Numbered from the stretch's first letter, positions 18,614-27,892 are shown. The stretch is DNA of 64,000 bases from an uncultured Chloroflexia bacterium (GCA_963731765.1 CAVSWS010000004.1:26670-90669), one strand, 5' to 3'. Notes: generated from the sequence alone by a model not told the origin. Translations and numbers: made by a program.

Positions 18614-18950
18614 TTGGCCTGCGCCTTGAGCTACGCATCCCTGGCGGGCTGCTCCGCACGGGAAATTAAGTAGAGCATTGCGAGGGGACACCCCTCGCGC
18701 TCCCCGCGCATGGGACTCCGTCCCCCGCTACCCCCTCGTGATGCCAGGCATCGCTTCCCGGGCGATAGAGTGTCGCGGCACCAGCGCTGGCCCCGTATCT
18801 CTTATGCGCCTTCTCAAGTCTTGGCCTGCGCCTTGAGCGAGGCATCCCTGGGGCGGGCTGCTCGGCACGGGACATTAAGTAGAGCATTGCGAGCGGAGAC
18901 GCCTCGCGCTCCGCGCGCAGTGACTCTGCTCCCCGCTACCCCTCTTGAGA
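18614..18950. repeat. Tandem ~128-bp imperfect direct repeat containing GTAG-tagged REP-like hairpins
   Basis: 18614-18741 vs 18821-18950; each has TTAAGTAGAGCATTGCGAG...CTCGCGCTCC and a downstream CCGCTACCCC. Confidence 0.85.
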
Positions 18951-19720
18951 CAAGGGATCGATTGAGGGCGGAGGCAGGCTTCTGTCGCATAAACCCGCTC
19001 ATCCTGAGGCTCTCGAAGGATGCGACGTCGTACGGCGTTTCGAAGCGCGGCACATCTGCGCCCGGGTGCGTTCAGGTGCTCTCGATCGCCTGGAACAGCG
19101 GCTTCGACAGCAGCGTCTTCGGTCGTGTCGGGCGCGAGCTTGATCGTGCTGACGGCGATGCCGCTGGGGGCCCATTCGCGAGCGAGCGCGGCGAGGAGGG
19201 CTTCCGCACCGGCGCGGGCTGCGAGGAGCACCGGGGAGCTCGAATCGGGATCCAGGGCCGGGAGGAGGGCGATGATGCGGCCGCGGATGCCTTCGACCGG
19301 CTCGTTGTCCGTGAGCTCTTTGGAAGCGGCGCGGGCCGCGTAGAAGTAGGCGCCGAGGTTGTAGCCGATGGCCCGAGCCCACTCCGAGTCCGTGACGCGC
19401 TCGGAGGGCTTGTCGAGGCCTTCGCCGGCAGCGATCACGACGAGGTCGAGGCGGCCGAGCTGCTTGGCGATCTGGCGCACGGCTATCTGCACGCTCGAAC
19501 CGTTCCCGAGGTCGGCGATATCGGCGATGGCCTGGCGTCCTTCGGCCTCGATGGCGCGTCGCAAGGGTCGCAGCGCGAAGGCCTCTTCGGGATCGCCGTT
19601 GGTGCTGGTAACCGCGACGTCGGCCCCGGCCTGCGCGAGGGCGCGAGCAATCGCGGCGGCGTGGGGGTCGTTGGCGCCGAGGACGAGGGCCTTACGGCCG
19701 GTGAGATCGGGTGTGTCCAT
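18875..19720 (-). CDS. Atypical SDR-like protein lacking catalytic motifs; C-terminus reads into repeats
   Basis: LTGRKALVLGANDPH...LGRLDLVVIAAG...LAREWAPSGIAV; no TGxxxGIG, NNAG or YxxxK; start 6 nt after TAGACT. Confidence 0.75.
   Translation of the reverse strand: MDTPDLTGRKALVLGANDPHAAAIARALAQAGADVAVTSTNGDPEEAFALRPLRRAIEAEGRQAIADIADLGNGSSVQIAVRQIAKQLGRLDLVVIAAGEGLDKPSERVTDSEWARAIGYNLGAYFYAARAASKELTDNEPVEGIRGRIIALLPALDPDSSSPVLLAARAGAEALLAALAREWAPSGIAVSTIKLAPDTTEDAAVEAAVPGDREHLNAPGRRCAALRNAVRRRILREPQDERVYATEACLRPQSIPCLKRGSGEQSHCARSARRLRSQCST
18995..19024. repeat. CTGAG..TCGAAG-family repeat
   Basis: CCGCTCATCCTGAGGCTCTCGAAGGATGCG; near-identical to 47074-47103. Confidence 0.8.
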
Positions 19721-19772
19721 GCGCCGAGTCTAACGCCTTGGCGCTGTTGGGCCAGTGGCGTAGCATCAGGCC

Positions 19773-21041
19773 ATGAGAGTCGAACTGCCCTACGGTCGCG
19801 AGTTGCTGAGTGTCGAGGTGCCGGATAGCGCTAACGTGCTGCTGCCGCACCCTGTCGATGCGCTGAGGGACGCGCCGGCCGCGATGCTGGCGGCGCTGCG
19901 TACACCGACAGCGGGGCCGCCGCTGCGAGAGCGGGTGCGCGCCGGCCAGAAGGTCGCCGTCGTCGTCAGCGACATCACGCGGCCCGTGCCGAACGAGCTG
20001 ATCCTGCGACCGCTGCTGGCGGAGCTCGAGGCGGTGGGCGTGCCGGTGACCGACGTGACGATCGTCAACGGCACGGGGCTACATCGGGTGAACAACGAGG
20101 CGGAGCTGCGCGAGATGCTGGGGCCGGAGATCGCGTCGCGATACCGCATCGTGCAGCACGTAGCGCGCGACCGGTCGACGCTGACGGAGGTCGGGCGCAG
20201 CAAGGGCGTACCGGCGGAGATGTGCACTGCGTACGTCGAAGCGGACGTGCGCATCGTCACCGGCTTCGTGGAGCCACACCTGTTTGCGGGCTATTCCGGC
20301 GGGCCAAAGGGGATCATGCCGGGTGTGGCGGGCGCGGAGATCGTCATGAGCAACCACGGCGCGCCGAACCTGGCGAACATGCAGGCGCGCTGGGGTGTTA
20401 CCGAGGGCAACCCTGTGTGGGAGGAGATGCGCGACATCGCCGCGATGTGTCCGCCCCACTTCCTGGTCAACGTGACGCTGGACAGCGAACGCAACGTGAC
20501 GGGCGTGTTCTCCGGCGACCTGATGCCGGCGCACGCCGCGGCCGTGGCGCAGGCCCGCAAGCAGTACCTGGTCTCGATCCCGAAGCCGTACGACGTGGTG
20601 GTGACGACGAACATGGGCTATCCGGCCGACACGTCGCTTTACCAGTCCGTGAAGGGCATGTCGGTGGCGGCGGAGGGCGTGCGCGAGGGTGGCGCCATTC
20701 TGCTCGTGGCGGGCTGTGAAGAGGGCATCGGGTCTGACGACTACGCCGAGGGCCTGCGCGCCGCCGAATCGCCGGCGGCGCTGCTGGAGCGCATCCTCCA
20801 CACGGAGCATCCGCGGCACGACCAGTGGCAGATCCAGTGCCAGGCCATGGTGCAGGCGAAGGCACGCGTGCTGGTGAAGTCACTCCTGAGCGATTCGGAC
20901 GCTCGCGCCGCGCATGTTGAGCCGGTGGAAGACGCGTCGGCCGCGGTACGGGCGCTCGTCGAGGCGGCGCAGCGAGAGGGTCGAGAAGGCTCCGTGCTGG
21001 TGCTGCCGGTCGGGCAGCTGACGGTGCCGGTGGTGGAGTAG
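19773..21041 (+). CDS. larA: Nickel-pincer-dependent LarA-family 2-hydroxyacid racemase/epimerase
   Basis: SDITRP, GTGLHR, VEPHLFAGYSGGPK, MSNH, YQSVKG. Confidence 0.9.
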   Translation: MRVELPYGRELLSVEVPDSANVLLPHPVDALRDAPAAMLAALRTPTAGPPLRERVRAGQKVAVVVSDITRPVPNELILRPLLAELEAVGVPVTDVTIVNGTGLHRVNNEAELREMLGPEIASRYRIVQHVARDRSTLTEVGRSKGVPAEMCTAYVEADVRIVTGFVEPHLFAGYSGGPKGIMPGVAGAEIVMSNHGAPNLANMQARWGVTEGNPVWEEMRDIAAMCPPHFLVNVTLDSERNVTGVFSGDLMPAHAAAVAQARKQYLVSIPKPYDVVVTTNMGYPADTSLYQSVKGMSVAAEGVREGGAILLVAGCEEGIGSDDYAEGLRAAESPAALLERILHTEHPRHDQWQIQCQAMVQAKARVLVKSLLSDSDARAAHVEPVEDASAAVRALVEAAQREGREGSVLVLPVGQLTVPVVE

Positions 21042-21115
21042 GGGCCGAGAGCGCTGCTCCAGTGTCGAGACTCGTTGGTATCGGCAGGGGCATTGGATGC
21101 TCGGTGTGGGCCTGA

Positions 21116-21140
21116 CGTGCTTCGACAGGCTCAGCATGCC
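21116..21140. repeat. CTGAG..TCGAAG-family repeat (inverted)
   Basis: CGTGCTTCGACAGGCTCAGCATGCC vs CGTGCTTCGGCAAGCTCAGCATGCC at 12169. Confidence 0.8.
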
Positions 21141-21176
21141 TTTACGGAACGCCTTGGTCTGCCGCGAGATGCAGTG

Positions 21177-21333
21177 GTCATTGCGAGCAATAGCGAAGCA
21201 ATCTCACGCCGGGGTACTGGGAGACATGCGCTGGTCTGGACTCTCGACGGGCTGCAGTGAGCGGCGTTTCGGTTCGAGGGCGGATGGGGTGTGGTTGCAC
21301 GATGTGGGATTGCCGCGCTTCGCTCGCAATGAC
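21177..21333. repeat. GTCATTGCGAG-family repeat, copy 4
   Basis: GTCATTGCGAGCAATAGCGAAGCAATC ... GATTGCCGCGCTTCGCTCGCAATGAC. Confidence 0.85.
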
Positions 21334-21345
21334 CATTTCGAACGT

Positions 21346-21377
21346 AGAAGGCCCGTACTGAGCAGTACGGGCCTTCT
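21346..21377. terminator. Strong hairpin between convergent genes (likely terminator)
   Basis: Perfect 14-bp IR AGAAGGCCCGTACT-GAGC-AGTACGGGCCTTCT. Confidence 0.8.
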
Positions 21378-21399
21378 TGATGTGCGTTGCTGAACGTTG

Positions 21400-21999
21400 C
21401 TAGTCCGGGTCCTGGGGGGCCTGTGCTGGGGACGAGGCTGCTTCGGCTTTGAGGCGCTCCAGGAGCCAGTCGTCGAGGGCGTCGGCGTATTCGCGGCGGT
21501 TCTCGATGTGGTTGCGACGGATGATCTCGTTGAGGTCGCGCTGCAGGATGGAGCGACGGCCGTAGGAGTCGTCCGCGGGGTTGTCGCCGAGCTCGGTGAC
21601 TTCGAGGACGTAGAGCGCCTGGAAGGTCTCGGTGCCTGCCGCGAACTCCTTGTTGAAGGAGGAGGCGGTCCAGCGGTAGTGGCCCAGGTGCTTCGAGGTC
21701 GCATGCAGGATGCCCACCTGCTCATTGGCGATGCGCTTGATCGCATCGAGGACGTTCTCGCCCTCGTGTACGTCGCCCTCCGGCAGGTGGCCGGCGCCGT
21801 CCTTCCAGGCGACAACGGGCCGCTCGCCCCGGTACGGGATCAGGGTGATGTGCGTGATCTTTGCGTCGGCAGGGAGGCTGCTGGTTTCCCACCAGGCCCG
21901 CCAGTCGTCGCCGATCTTCTTTTCTGTGTATGTAGAGCGTTCCGACTCTCGAGGACGGAAAAACGTCTTCGGGAGTGCGCCGCCGCCGCCGTCTTCTAT
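21400..21999 (-). CDS. NUDIX-like protein (199 aa), apparent ATA start
   Basis: Frame is open from TAA at ~22021 to 21400; AGGAGG lies 6 nt upstream of ATA 21999; degenerate Nudix box LPEGDVHEGENVLDAIKRIANEQVG. Confidence 0.65.
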   Translation of the reverse strand: MEDGGGGALPKTFFRPRESERSTYTEKKIGDDWRAWWETSSLPADAKITHITLIPYRGERPVVAWKDGAGHLPEGDVHEGENVLDAIKRIANEQVGILHATSKHLGHYRWTASSFNKEFAAGTETFQALYVLEVTELGDNPADDSYGRRSILQRDLNEIIRRNHIENRREYADALDDWLLERLKAEAASSPAQAPQDPD

Positions 22000-22177
22000 G
22001 ACGCACCTCCTGGGTGGTTGTTAGCTGTCAGTCGCAAGTTATCAGTTCTCAGTTTGATTGCTGTCTCACCGTAGTACGTCGCCCGGCCGGGCCGAGATTC
22101 GAGGGTGCCCCATCAGCGTGGCCGAACTGATGACTGATGACTCCTATTCTTGGAAACGCGTGGGCCCGGTGCAAGTA

Positions 22178-23038
22178 TCAGCCGTTCGCCTCGATGGGAA
22201 GCCACTTGCGATGGCCTTGCTCGGTACGAGTCATGTGGCCGAGGCCCGGGAAGGGCGAGTGTACACCAATGATCAGTGAGCCGTCCTCGATCGCCTGCTC
22301 CACGATGCGCTTCTTCGTCTCCATAGTGAGCAGGGGCATGATGTCGAAGGCTGAGACCCAGGCCGTGCGCTCCAGCTGCACCGCCATCTGGGCGAGGTCG
22401 CCGATGTAGATCGCCTTCTCGCCGGCCGACTGGAGGACGATGGCGCAGTGGCCGGGCGAGTGTCCCGGCGCGGGCACGATCGTCACCTCGTCCGTCACGG
22501 CGGTCTCACCGTCGACGAGGGTGAGGTGGCCCTTCTCCTCCACCGGCAGCAGGTTCTCTTCGATGTAGGTGGCGCGTGTGCGCTCGTTAGGGGCGATGGC
22601 GCCTTCCCACTCCTCCCGCACGATCATGTAGTCGGCGTTGGGGAAGGTTGGGACGAGCTCGCCATCGAGGTAGCGCGTGTTCCAGCCGCAGTGGTCGGCG
22701 TGCAGGTGTGTGTTGAGCACGACGTCGATCTCCTCGGGCCGCACGCCCAGGGCGTCGAGTTCCGTAAGCAGAGTGCCGCTTTCGGCGGGGCTGGACTGTC
22801 GCCGCCAGCCGGAGGCTTTGTCGCCCACGCCGGTCTCGATGAGTATGAGCTTGCCCTGGGAGCGCAGGAGCAGCGAGTTCAGGCCGAGGGTGACTCGATG
22901 GCGCGAATCGAGCTCGCCGGCATGCGATTCCCACATGACGCGCGGCACGATGCCGAAGGTGGCGCCGGCGTCGATATAGAAGTCGCCGTCGGAGAGGATC
23001 GCGAGGTCGAGGTTGCCGAGTCGGTGTTTAGCAGGCAC
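22178..23038 (-). CDS. MBL-fold metallo-hydrolase (YtnP/AHL-lactonase-like)
   Basis: THLHADHCGWN, PAPGHSPGH, YIGDL, GVHSPFPG; start 6 nt after TATGAT. Confidence 0.92.
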   Translation of the reverse strand: MPAKHRLGNLDLAILSDGDFYIDAGATFGIVPRVMWESHAGELDSRHRVTLGLNSLLLRSQGKLILIETGVGDKASGWRRQSSPAESGTLLTELDALGVRPEEIDVVLNTHLHADHCGWNTRYLDGELVPTFPNADYMIVREEWEGAIAPNERTRATYIEENLLPVEEKGHLTLVDGETAVTDEVTIVPAPGHSPGHCAIVLQSAGEKAIYIGDLAQMAVQLERTAWVSAFDIMPLLTMETKKRIVEQAIEDGSLIIGVHSPFPGLGHMTRTEQGHRKWLPIEANG

Positions 23039-23186
23039 GGCCCGATCATAGCGCGTGTCGACGTTAGGTTGCAGAAACCTAACGTTGAGAAAGGGCTGCT
23101 ACTATAGAACGTCATCTCCCAGCCGATAAAGCTGGAGACGGAGGCCCCGCCTGAGCTGGTTTAAGGTCGTTTCCCTGGGCGTCTTC

Positions 23187-24092
23187 GTGCTTGCCGTATT
23201 GTCGGCCGGCGCGTTCGGCATCGTCGCCATGGCGCTCCAGGACTCCGCTGAGCCCACCACCCACGTCGCAACGCAGGCCGGCATGAGCGATAGCCTGCCG
23301 AGCTTCAACACGTCGGCCAGTGGGAACAGCAAAGAGCTGGCGGGCCTGGCAGCGCTGGCCGACTTCGCCACCTCGACGCCGACCCGGACCCCAACACGCA
23401 CGCCCACGGCGACCGCGACGGCCTCCCCGACCGTGACTGACACACCCGTGCCGACCGATACGGTTGAGGCCGCGACGGCGACGGAGCCGCCTCCGACGGA
23501 CACGCCGGTCCCGGCAACCGATACGCCAATCCCGCCCACCGACACACCGGTGCCTCCCACCGATACACCGGTCCCGCCGACGGCGACGCCGGTCCCGCCT
23601 ACCCCCACGCCGGTCCCACCGACGCCGACACCGGTGCCCCCGACGGCCACGCCGACTCTCGCCGTGCCCACGAATATCCCGCTGCTGGGCGACTACGTGC
23701 CGCCAACCGCCACGCCTGTACCGCCAACGCCGACTTCCAGGGCGGCGACACCGACCGCGACGCCGAGGTCGAACCCGCCGATTAACGCGGATGGGCCGGT
23801 CTCCGGTTATGCGACGCGATACGCCGACAGCCTGGAAGGCAACACGATGGCATGCGGTGGCATTTTCAATCAGGACAACACGTTCATCGCGGCGGTCAGC
23901 TACCTGTACGACCCGGTCTGGCCCTGCGGCACTCAGCTGGAGGTGTGTGGGCCCGCGTCATGCATCAACGTCGTTCGCACGGACACCTGCCCCGGGTGTG
24001 CCGGTGCCGACATCGACATGTCGAGGTCGGGACTGGCGGCGGTGTGCGGCAATCAGGGCGGTTGCAGCGTGGTCATCCGGCGGCGCGACTGA
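23187..24092 (+). CDS. Exported Pro/Thr-stalk protein with C-terminal RlpA-like double-psi beta-barrel
   Basis: N-terminal hydrophobic anchor; PT repeats; GYATRY...MACGG...IAAV...CGTQLEV...[10 protein letters not shown]...IDMSR; start uncertain. Confidence 0.75.
   Translation: MLAVLSAGAFGIVAMALQDSAEPTTHVATQAGMSDSLPSFNTSASGNSKELAGLAALADFATSTPTRTPTRTPTATATASPTVTDTPVPTDTVEAATATEPPPTDTPVPATDTPIPPTDTPVPPTDTPVPPTATPVPPTPTPVPPTPTPVPPTATPTLAVPTNIPLLGDYVPPTATPVPPTPTSRAATPTATPRSNPPINADGPVSGYATRYADSLEGNTMACGGIFNQDNTFIAAVSYLYDPVWPCGTQLEVCGPASCINVVRTDTCPGCAGADIDMSRSGLAAVCGNQGGCSVVIRRRD
23493..23660 (+). repeat. Coding tandem repeat, 8 x 21 bp (PTxTPVP)
   Basis: Units such as ccgacggacacgccggtcccg; synonymous variation between units. 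Confidence 0.85.
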
Positions 24093-24193
24093 GGCAGGCC
24101 CATTGATCAGTTGCTCGCGCTCGGGCACGCTCCTATAATCTGCACACCTAAGTTCACACATTATTTCAGCTGGTTCCGGAGGGCCTGACCCCA

Positions 24194-25132
24194 ATGTCGA
24201 CGCCGTATGCGTATTTTCAGAAGCAGATCGTGCCGCTGGCAGACGCCAAGATTGGCATCATGACGCACGCATTCAACTACGGCACCGGCGTATTTGAGGG
24301 CATTCGAGGCAACTGGAACGAAGCAGAAGAGACGATCTACCTCTTCAAGGTGCAAGAACACCTGAAGCGCCTGCGCAACAGCGCCAAGATCGTCCGCATC
24401 GCCATCGAAGAGAGCGACGAGCAGATCTTCGAGAACCTCCTCAAGGTCGTGCAGATGTCCGGCATCCGCGAGGACCAGTACATCCGGCCCCTCGCCTACA
24501 AGAGCTCCGAGGTGCTGGGTGTGCGCGTCCATGACCTGGACGACGACCTGCTGATCTTCGTGGCGCCCTTCGGCCCCTACCTCGACATCGAGGCCGGTAT
24601 CCGCTGCCAGACGTCGTCATGGCGCCGCGTCGAGGACGTTTCGATCCCGGCGCGCTCCAAGAACACGGGCATTTACATCAACTCCGCCCTGGCCAAGACC
24701 GAGGCGATCCTCAACGGCTTCGACGAGGCGATCATGCTGGACAACGCCGGCCACGTCTCTGAGGGCAGCGGCGAGAACATCGTCGTCGTGCGCGACGGCA
24801 AGCTGATCACGCCGGCGCCGTCCGACAACGTCCTCGAGGGCATCACGCTGGACACCGTGCTCTTCCTGGCGCAAGAGGAGTTCGGCCTCCAGGTGCAGGA
24901 GCGCTCAATCGACCGCTCTGAGCTCTACGTGGCGGACGAGGTGTTCATGACGGGCACCGCGGCTCACGTCACGCCGATCACCGAGGTCGATACCCGTTTC
25001 GTCGGCGACGGCCAGATCGGGCCGATCACCGCCAAGCTGCAGCGGGCCTACTTCGACATCATCTACGGTCGCAACAAGAAGTACATCGACTGGTGCACGC
25101 CGGTGTCGCTGAAGCAGGCCGTAACGCCTTAG
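24194..25132 (+). CDS. ilvE: Branched-chain amino acid aminotransferase
   Basis: HAFNYGTGVFEGIR, YIRPL, ARSK, EGSGEN, LEGIT, EVFMTGTAAHVTPI. Confidence 0.95.
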   Translation: MSTPYAYFQKQIVPLADAKIGIMTHAFNYGTGVFEGIRGNWNEAEETIYLFKVQEHLKRLRNSAKIVRIAIEESDEQIFENLLKVVQMSGIREDQYIRPLAYKSSEVLGVRVHDLDDDLLIFVAPFGPYLDIEAGIRCQTSSWRRVEDVSIPARSKNTGIYINSALAKTEAILNGFDEAIMLDNAGHVSEGSGENIVVVRDGKLITPAPSDNVLEGITLDTVLFLAQEEFGLQVQERSIDRSELYVADEVFMTGTAAHVTPITEVDTRFVGDGQIGPITAKLQRAYFDIIYGRNKKYIDWCTPVSLKQAVTP

Positions 25133-25610
25133 GGCTGAAGCCCCAATCCACGGGTAATCGCACTACGGCGTCGGCCGGTTGTGATGTCATACCTTGCTGC
25201 CACTTGTTCGTCGCGGGTTTTCCATAGCGCCGCGACACTCTCACGCAATTTATTTACCTCGTAATGTGGAATATGTTGCGCCTTTGTCGCGGTAAATAAT
25301 AAGCGGGAAAAGGCATCCCATTATCAGATCAAGTCTCTGATGATGCGATAAGAATCCCTCGTCCATTTTTAAGCTCCAATTCAGACCCTCTTCAGTGGAA
25401 CGTTAGCGAGCCGCGCGATAAAGAGTGAGAACAAGGGCGCGGAGAGCAACAAAGGAAATACTCGCGATTTCGAGTCGAGTTTTTCTTCATAACTGTCTGC
25501 GTTATTGCTTATGTAATAAGGCGGGATCCTTGGCTCGGAAGGGAGGTGTGTGGAGGCTCTCGCCGGATGGGATTCATAAGTGAAGAGCTAGGAGTCGCCA
25601 CAGGTCATCT

Positions 25611-26762
25611 GTGACGCGGAGGACGAAATTGAATAAGAGAATGCTTCAGCGCCTGGTGATTCTCATCCTGGGCGTTGGCTTCGGAGTAGGCAGCCTGGCA
25701 ACAGCAGCCTCTGCACGGTCCGTGGATTTCTACGTTTCTCCATCAGGTAGCGATAGCAACTCATGCAGCCAGAGCGCTCCTTGCCAGACGATTGGCCAGG
25801 CGGTCTCGGTGGCTGCACCACAAAGCCGGATTTATGTTGGTCCCGGCACCTACACGGAGAGCGTGGAGATAACGACCCCGCTCACGCTCATCGGCGACAA
25901 CGCAACCATCGATGCGACCGGCCTTGACCAGGGTGTTCACATCCATGGTCCCAGCGCTATCGGCGCTTCGGTCAGCGGATTCACCATCGAGAATGCGACC
26001 TTCGAGGGCATCCTGGTGGAGCAGACTGCCCGTGTAACGATTCAGGACAACACCATCCAGAACAACGACCAGGGCGCGTTTTCGCCGAATCCCACCGGCC
26101 TATGCGCACCAAGCGGCGAGGTGCCGGGCGACTGCGGCGAGGCGGTCCAGCTTCTGGCAGTGGCGCACTCGCGAGTCGTGGGCAACACGGTCCAGAACAA
26201 CGTCGGCGGCATCCTCCTGACCGACGATGAGGGTCCGACGTTCGATAACCTCGTCATGAGGAACACGGTCCTCAACAACCTCGAGGACTGCGGAATCACG
26301 CTGCCCTCTCACAACCCGACCGCGGCGATGAATCCGAGTACGGGTGGGGTCTACGGCAACGTCGTTATCGAAAACGACTCCGAAGGCAACGGTGGGGCAG
26401 GGATCGGCGTGTTCGCTGCACCTCCCGGCGCGTCTGCCTACAACAACCTCATCCTCAACAACACCGCGAAGGACAACGGGGAGGGTGGCATCAACATCCA
26501 CAGCCACGCCCCGAACCAGAACGTGAGCGAAAACAGGATCACCGGCAACGTGATCGCGAACAACGGAATGGACCCGGACGCCGGCAGTCCTGGTAGCAAC
26601 GGTATCTCTGTCTTCAGTGCTGTGAGCCCTCAGACGGAGATAATCGTTGGCAACCAGATCAGCAACGAAGACGTCGGCATCTTCGTCAGTGGCAGCTTCA
26701 CGCTGAAGGGCCTGCCCAGCAACCACTTCGACGCTTCGGTCGTGACGCCCATTCAGCAATAA
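25611..26762 (+). CDS. Secreted right-handed parallel beta-helix protein
   Basis: Signal peptide; YVSPSGSDSNSCS...PCQTIGQAV; IYVGPGTYTE; repeated N-rich NT(I/V)xNN coils. Confidence 0.8.
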   Translation: MTRRTKLNKRMLQRLVILILGVGFGVGSLATAASARSVDFYVSPSGSDSNSCSQSAPCQTIGQAVSVAAPQSRIYVGPGTYTESVEITTPLTLIGDNATIDATGLDQGVHIHGPSAIGASVSGFTIENATFEGILVEQTARVTIQDNTIQNNDQGAFSPNPTGLCAPSGEVPGDCGEAVQLLAVAHSRVVGNTVQNNVGGILLTDDEGPTFDNLVMRNTVLNNLEDCGITLPSHNPTAAMNPSTGGVYGNVVIENDSEGNGGAGIGVFAAPPGASAYNNLILNNTAKDNGEGGINIHSHAPNQNVSENRITGNVIANNGMDPDAGSPGSNGISVFSAVSPQTEIIVGNQISNEDVGIFVSGSFTLKGLPSNHFDASVVTPIQQ

Positions 26763-26783
26763 AGTACGGAGCAATCGTGTAAA

Positions 26784-26811
26784 AGAGGAGGCGGATTTGT
26801 CCGCCTCCTCT
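26784..26811 (+). terminator. Intrinsic terminator
   Basis: 12-bp IR AGAGGAGGCGGA-TTTG-TCCGCCTCCTCT. Confidence 0.8.
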
Positions 26812-26920
26812 TCTGTATGCACCTCGTCTTCCAGATACCCGGCGTCGACTCTCGGTGAATTTCGAAGCTGCGGAGGCGTGCGCCTGAGTCCGTAAGGCGC
26901 TCTCGCCGTACAATCCCATC

Positions 26921-27820
26921 ATGCCTTCGTTCACGGCATTCCGACCGGCCAACGCAACGGGCACGTTGTACGGCCTGGCGATCTCGGTCGTGGCATTGCT
27001 TGTCGGCGGAGGCCTGCTCTACCGCGGCCTGACGATGGACCCTCAGCTGGTGCAGATCCTGCCGTTGCTGGCGGGCGCTCTGTGGCTCGGCATCGGGCTG
27101 CTGTTCGCGTACTGGACGTGGGGCTGCAGCTCTATGCGCTACATCGTGGACCGCAACGCGCTCTCGATTCGCTGGGGCAACGTGCAGCAGATCGTGCCGC
27201 TATCGAGCATCGAAAAGCTGATCCCGGCGAACGCGGACCCGGTTCAGATCGCCGGCGTGAACTGGACGGGCCATCACGTAGGCCGGGGCGATGTCGATGA
27301 CGTGGGCGAGGTGCTGTTCTATTCAGCCCATCGCAACCCCAACGAGGTCCTGTACGTGGTGACGCCGACGGAGACGTACGGGATCTCGGTGCTGGACCAC
27401 GTGTTCTTTGCCCAGACCGTGCAGTCCAACCAGTCGCGCGGGCCGCTGTTCGAGCAACGCCAGGCGGTGCGGCGCTGGGGCATCGCGGCGCAGTCGTTCT
27501 GGCTGGACCCGGTGGCGCGGGTGCTCTCGCTGGTGATGCTGGGTGCGTTCATCGCCGTGCTGGCGTACGTGCTGGACATGTACCCCGGGCTGACGCAGAG
27601 CGTGGCGTTGCGCTTCCCATCGCTGGGCGGCGTCGTGCGCGTGACCGACAAGTCGGAGCTGCTGGATATCCCGCGCTCGGCCTTCGGGTTCCTGGCCGTG
27701 GACCTCGTGCTGGCGGCGATGCTGCATAGCTGGGAGCGCATGGTGGGCTACGTCCTGCTGCTGGCGGGCGTGGCGATCCAGGTCATGCTACTCATCGCCG
27801 CGGCCGTGGCGGTGGCGTAG
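26921..27820 (+). CDS. Membrane protein with bacterial PH-like domain
   Basis: Two TM, then MRYIVDRNALSIRWG...VPLSSI, VVTPTETYGIS, then two TM; start 6 nt after TACAAT. Confidence 0.75.
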   Translation: MPSFTAFRPANATGTLYGLAISVVALLVGGGLLYRGLTMDPQLVQILPLLAGALWLGIGLLFAYWTWGCSSMRYIVDRNALSIRWGNVQQIVPLSSIEKLIPANADPVQIAGVNWTGHHVGRGDVDDVGEVLFYSAHRNPNEVLYVVTPTETYGISVLDHVFFAQTVQSNQSRGPLFEQRQAVRRWGIAAQSFWLDPVARVLSLVMLGAFIAVLAYVLDMYPGLTQSVALRFPSLGGVVRVTDKSELLDIPRSAFGFLAVDLVLAAMLHSWERMVGYVLLLAGVAIQVMLLIAAAVAVA

Positions 27821-27892
27821 GGCCCGCGGCAATCGAGTGCCCGCGCATGGCGGACTAGTGTAATTCGAGCCACCGGTTCTTAACATCGAGCC

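Noticed and set aside
18542-18670. TAG read-through (pyrrolysine) extending the small membrane ORF
   Set aside because: Downstream sequence is repeat DNA with no coding signature, and no pyl genes are seen.
18614-18950. CRISPR array
   Set aside because: Only two long imperfect units with no regular repeat-spacer periodicity and no cas genes; no CRISPR array, tRNA or rRNA was found anywhere in the window.
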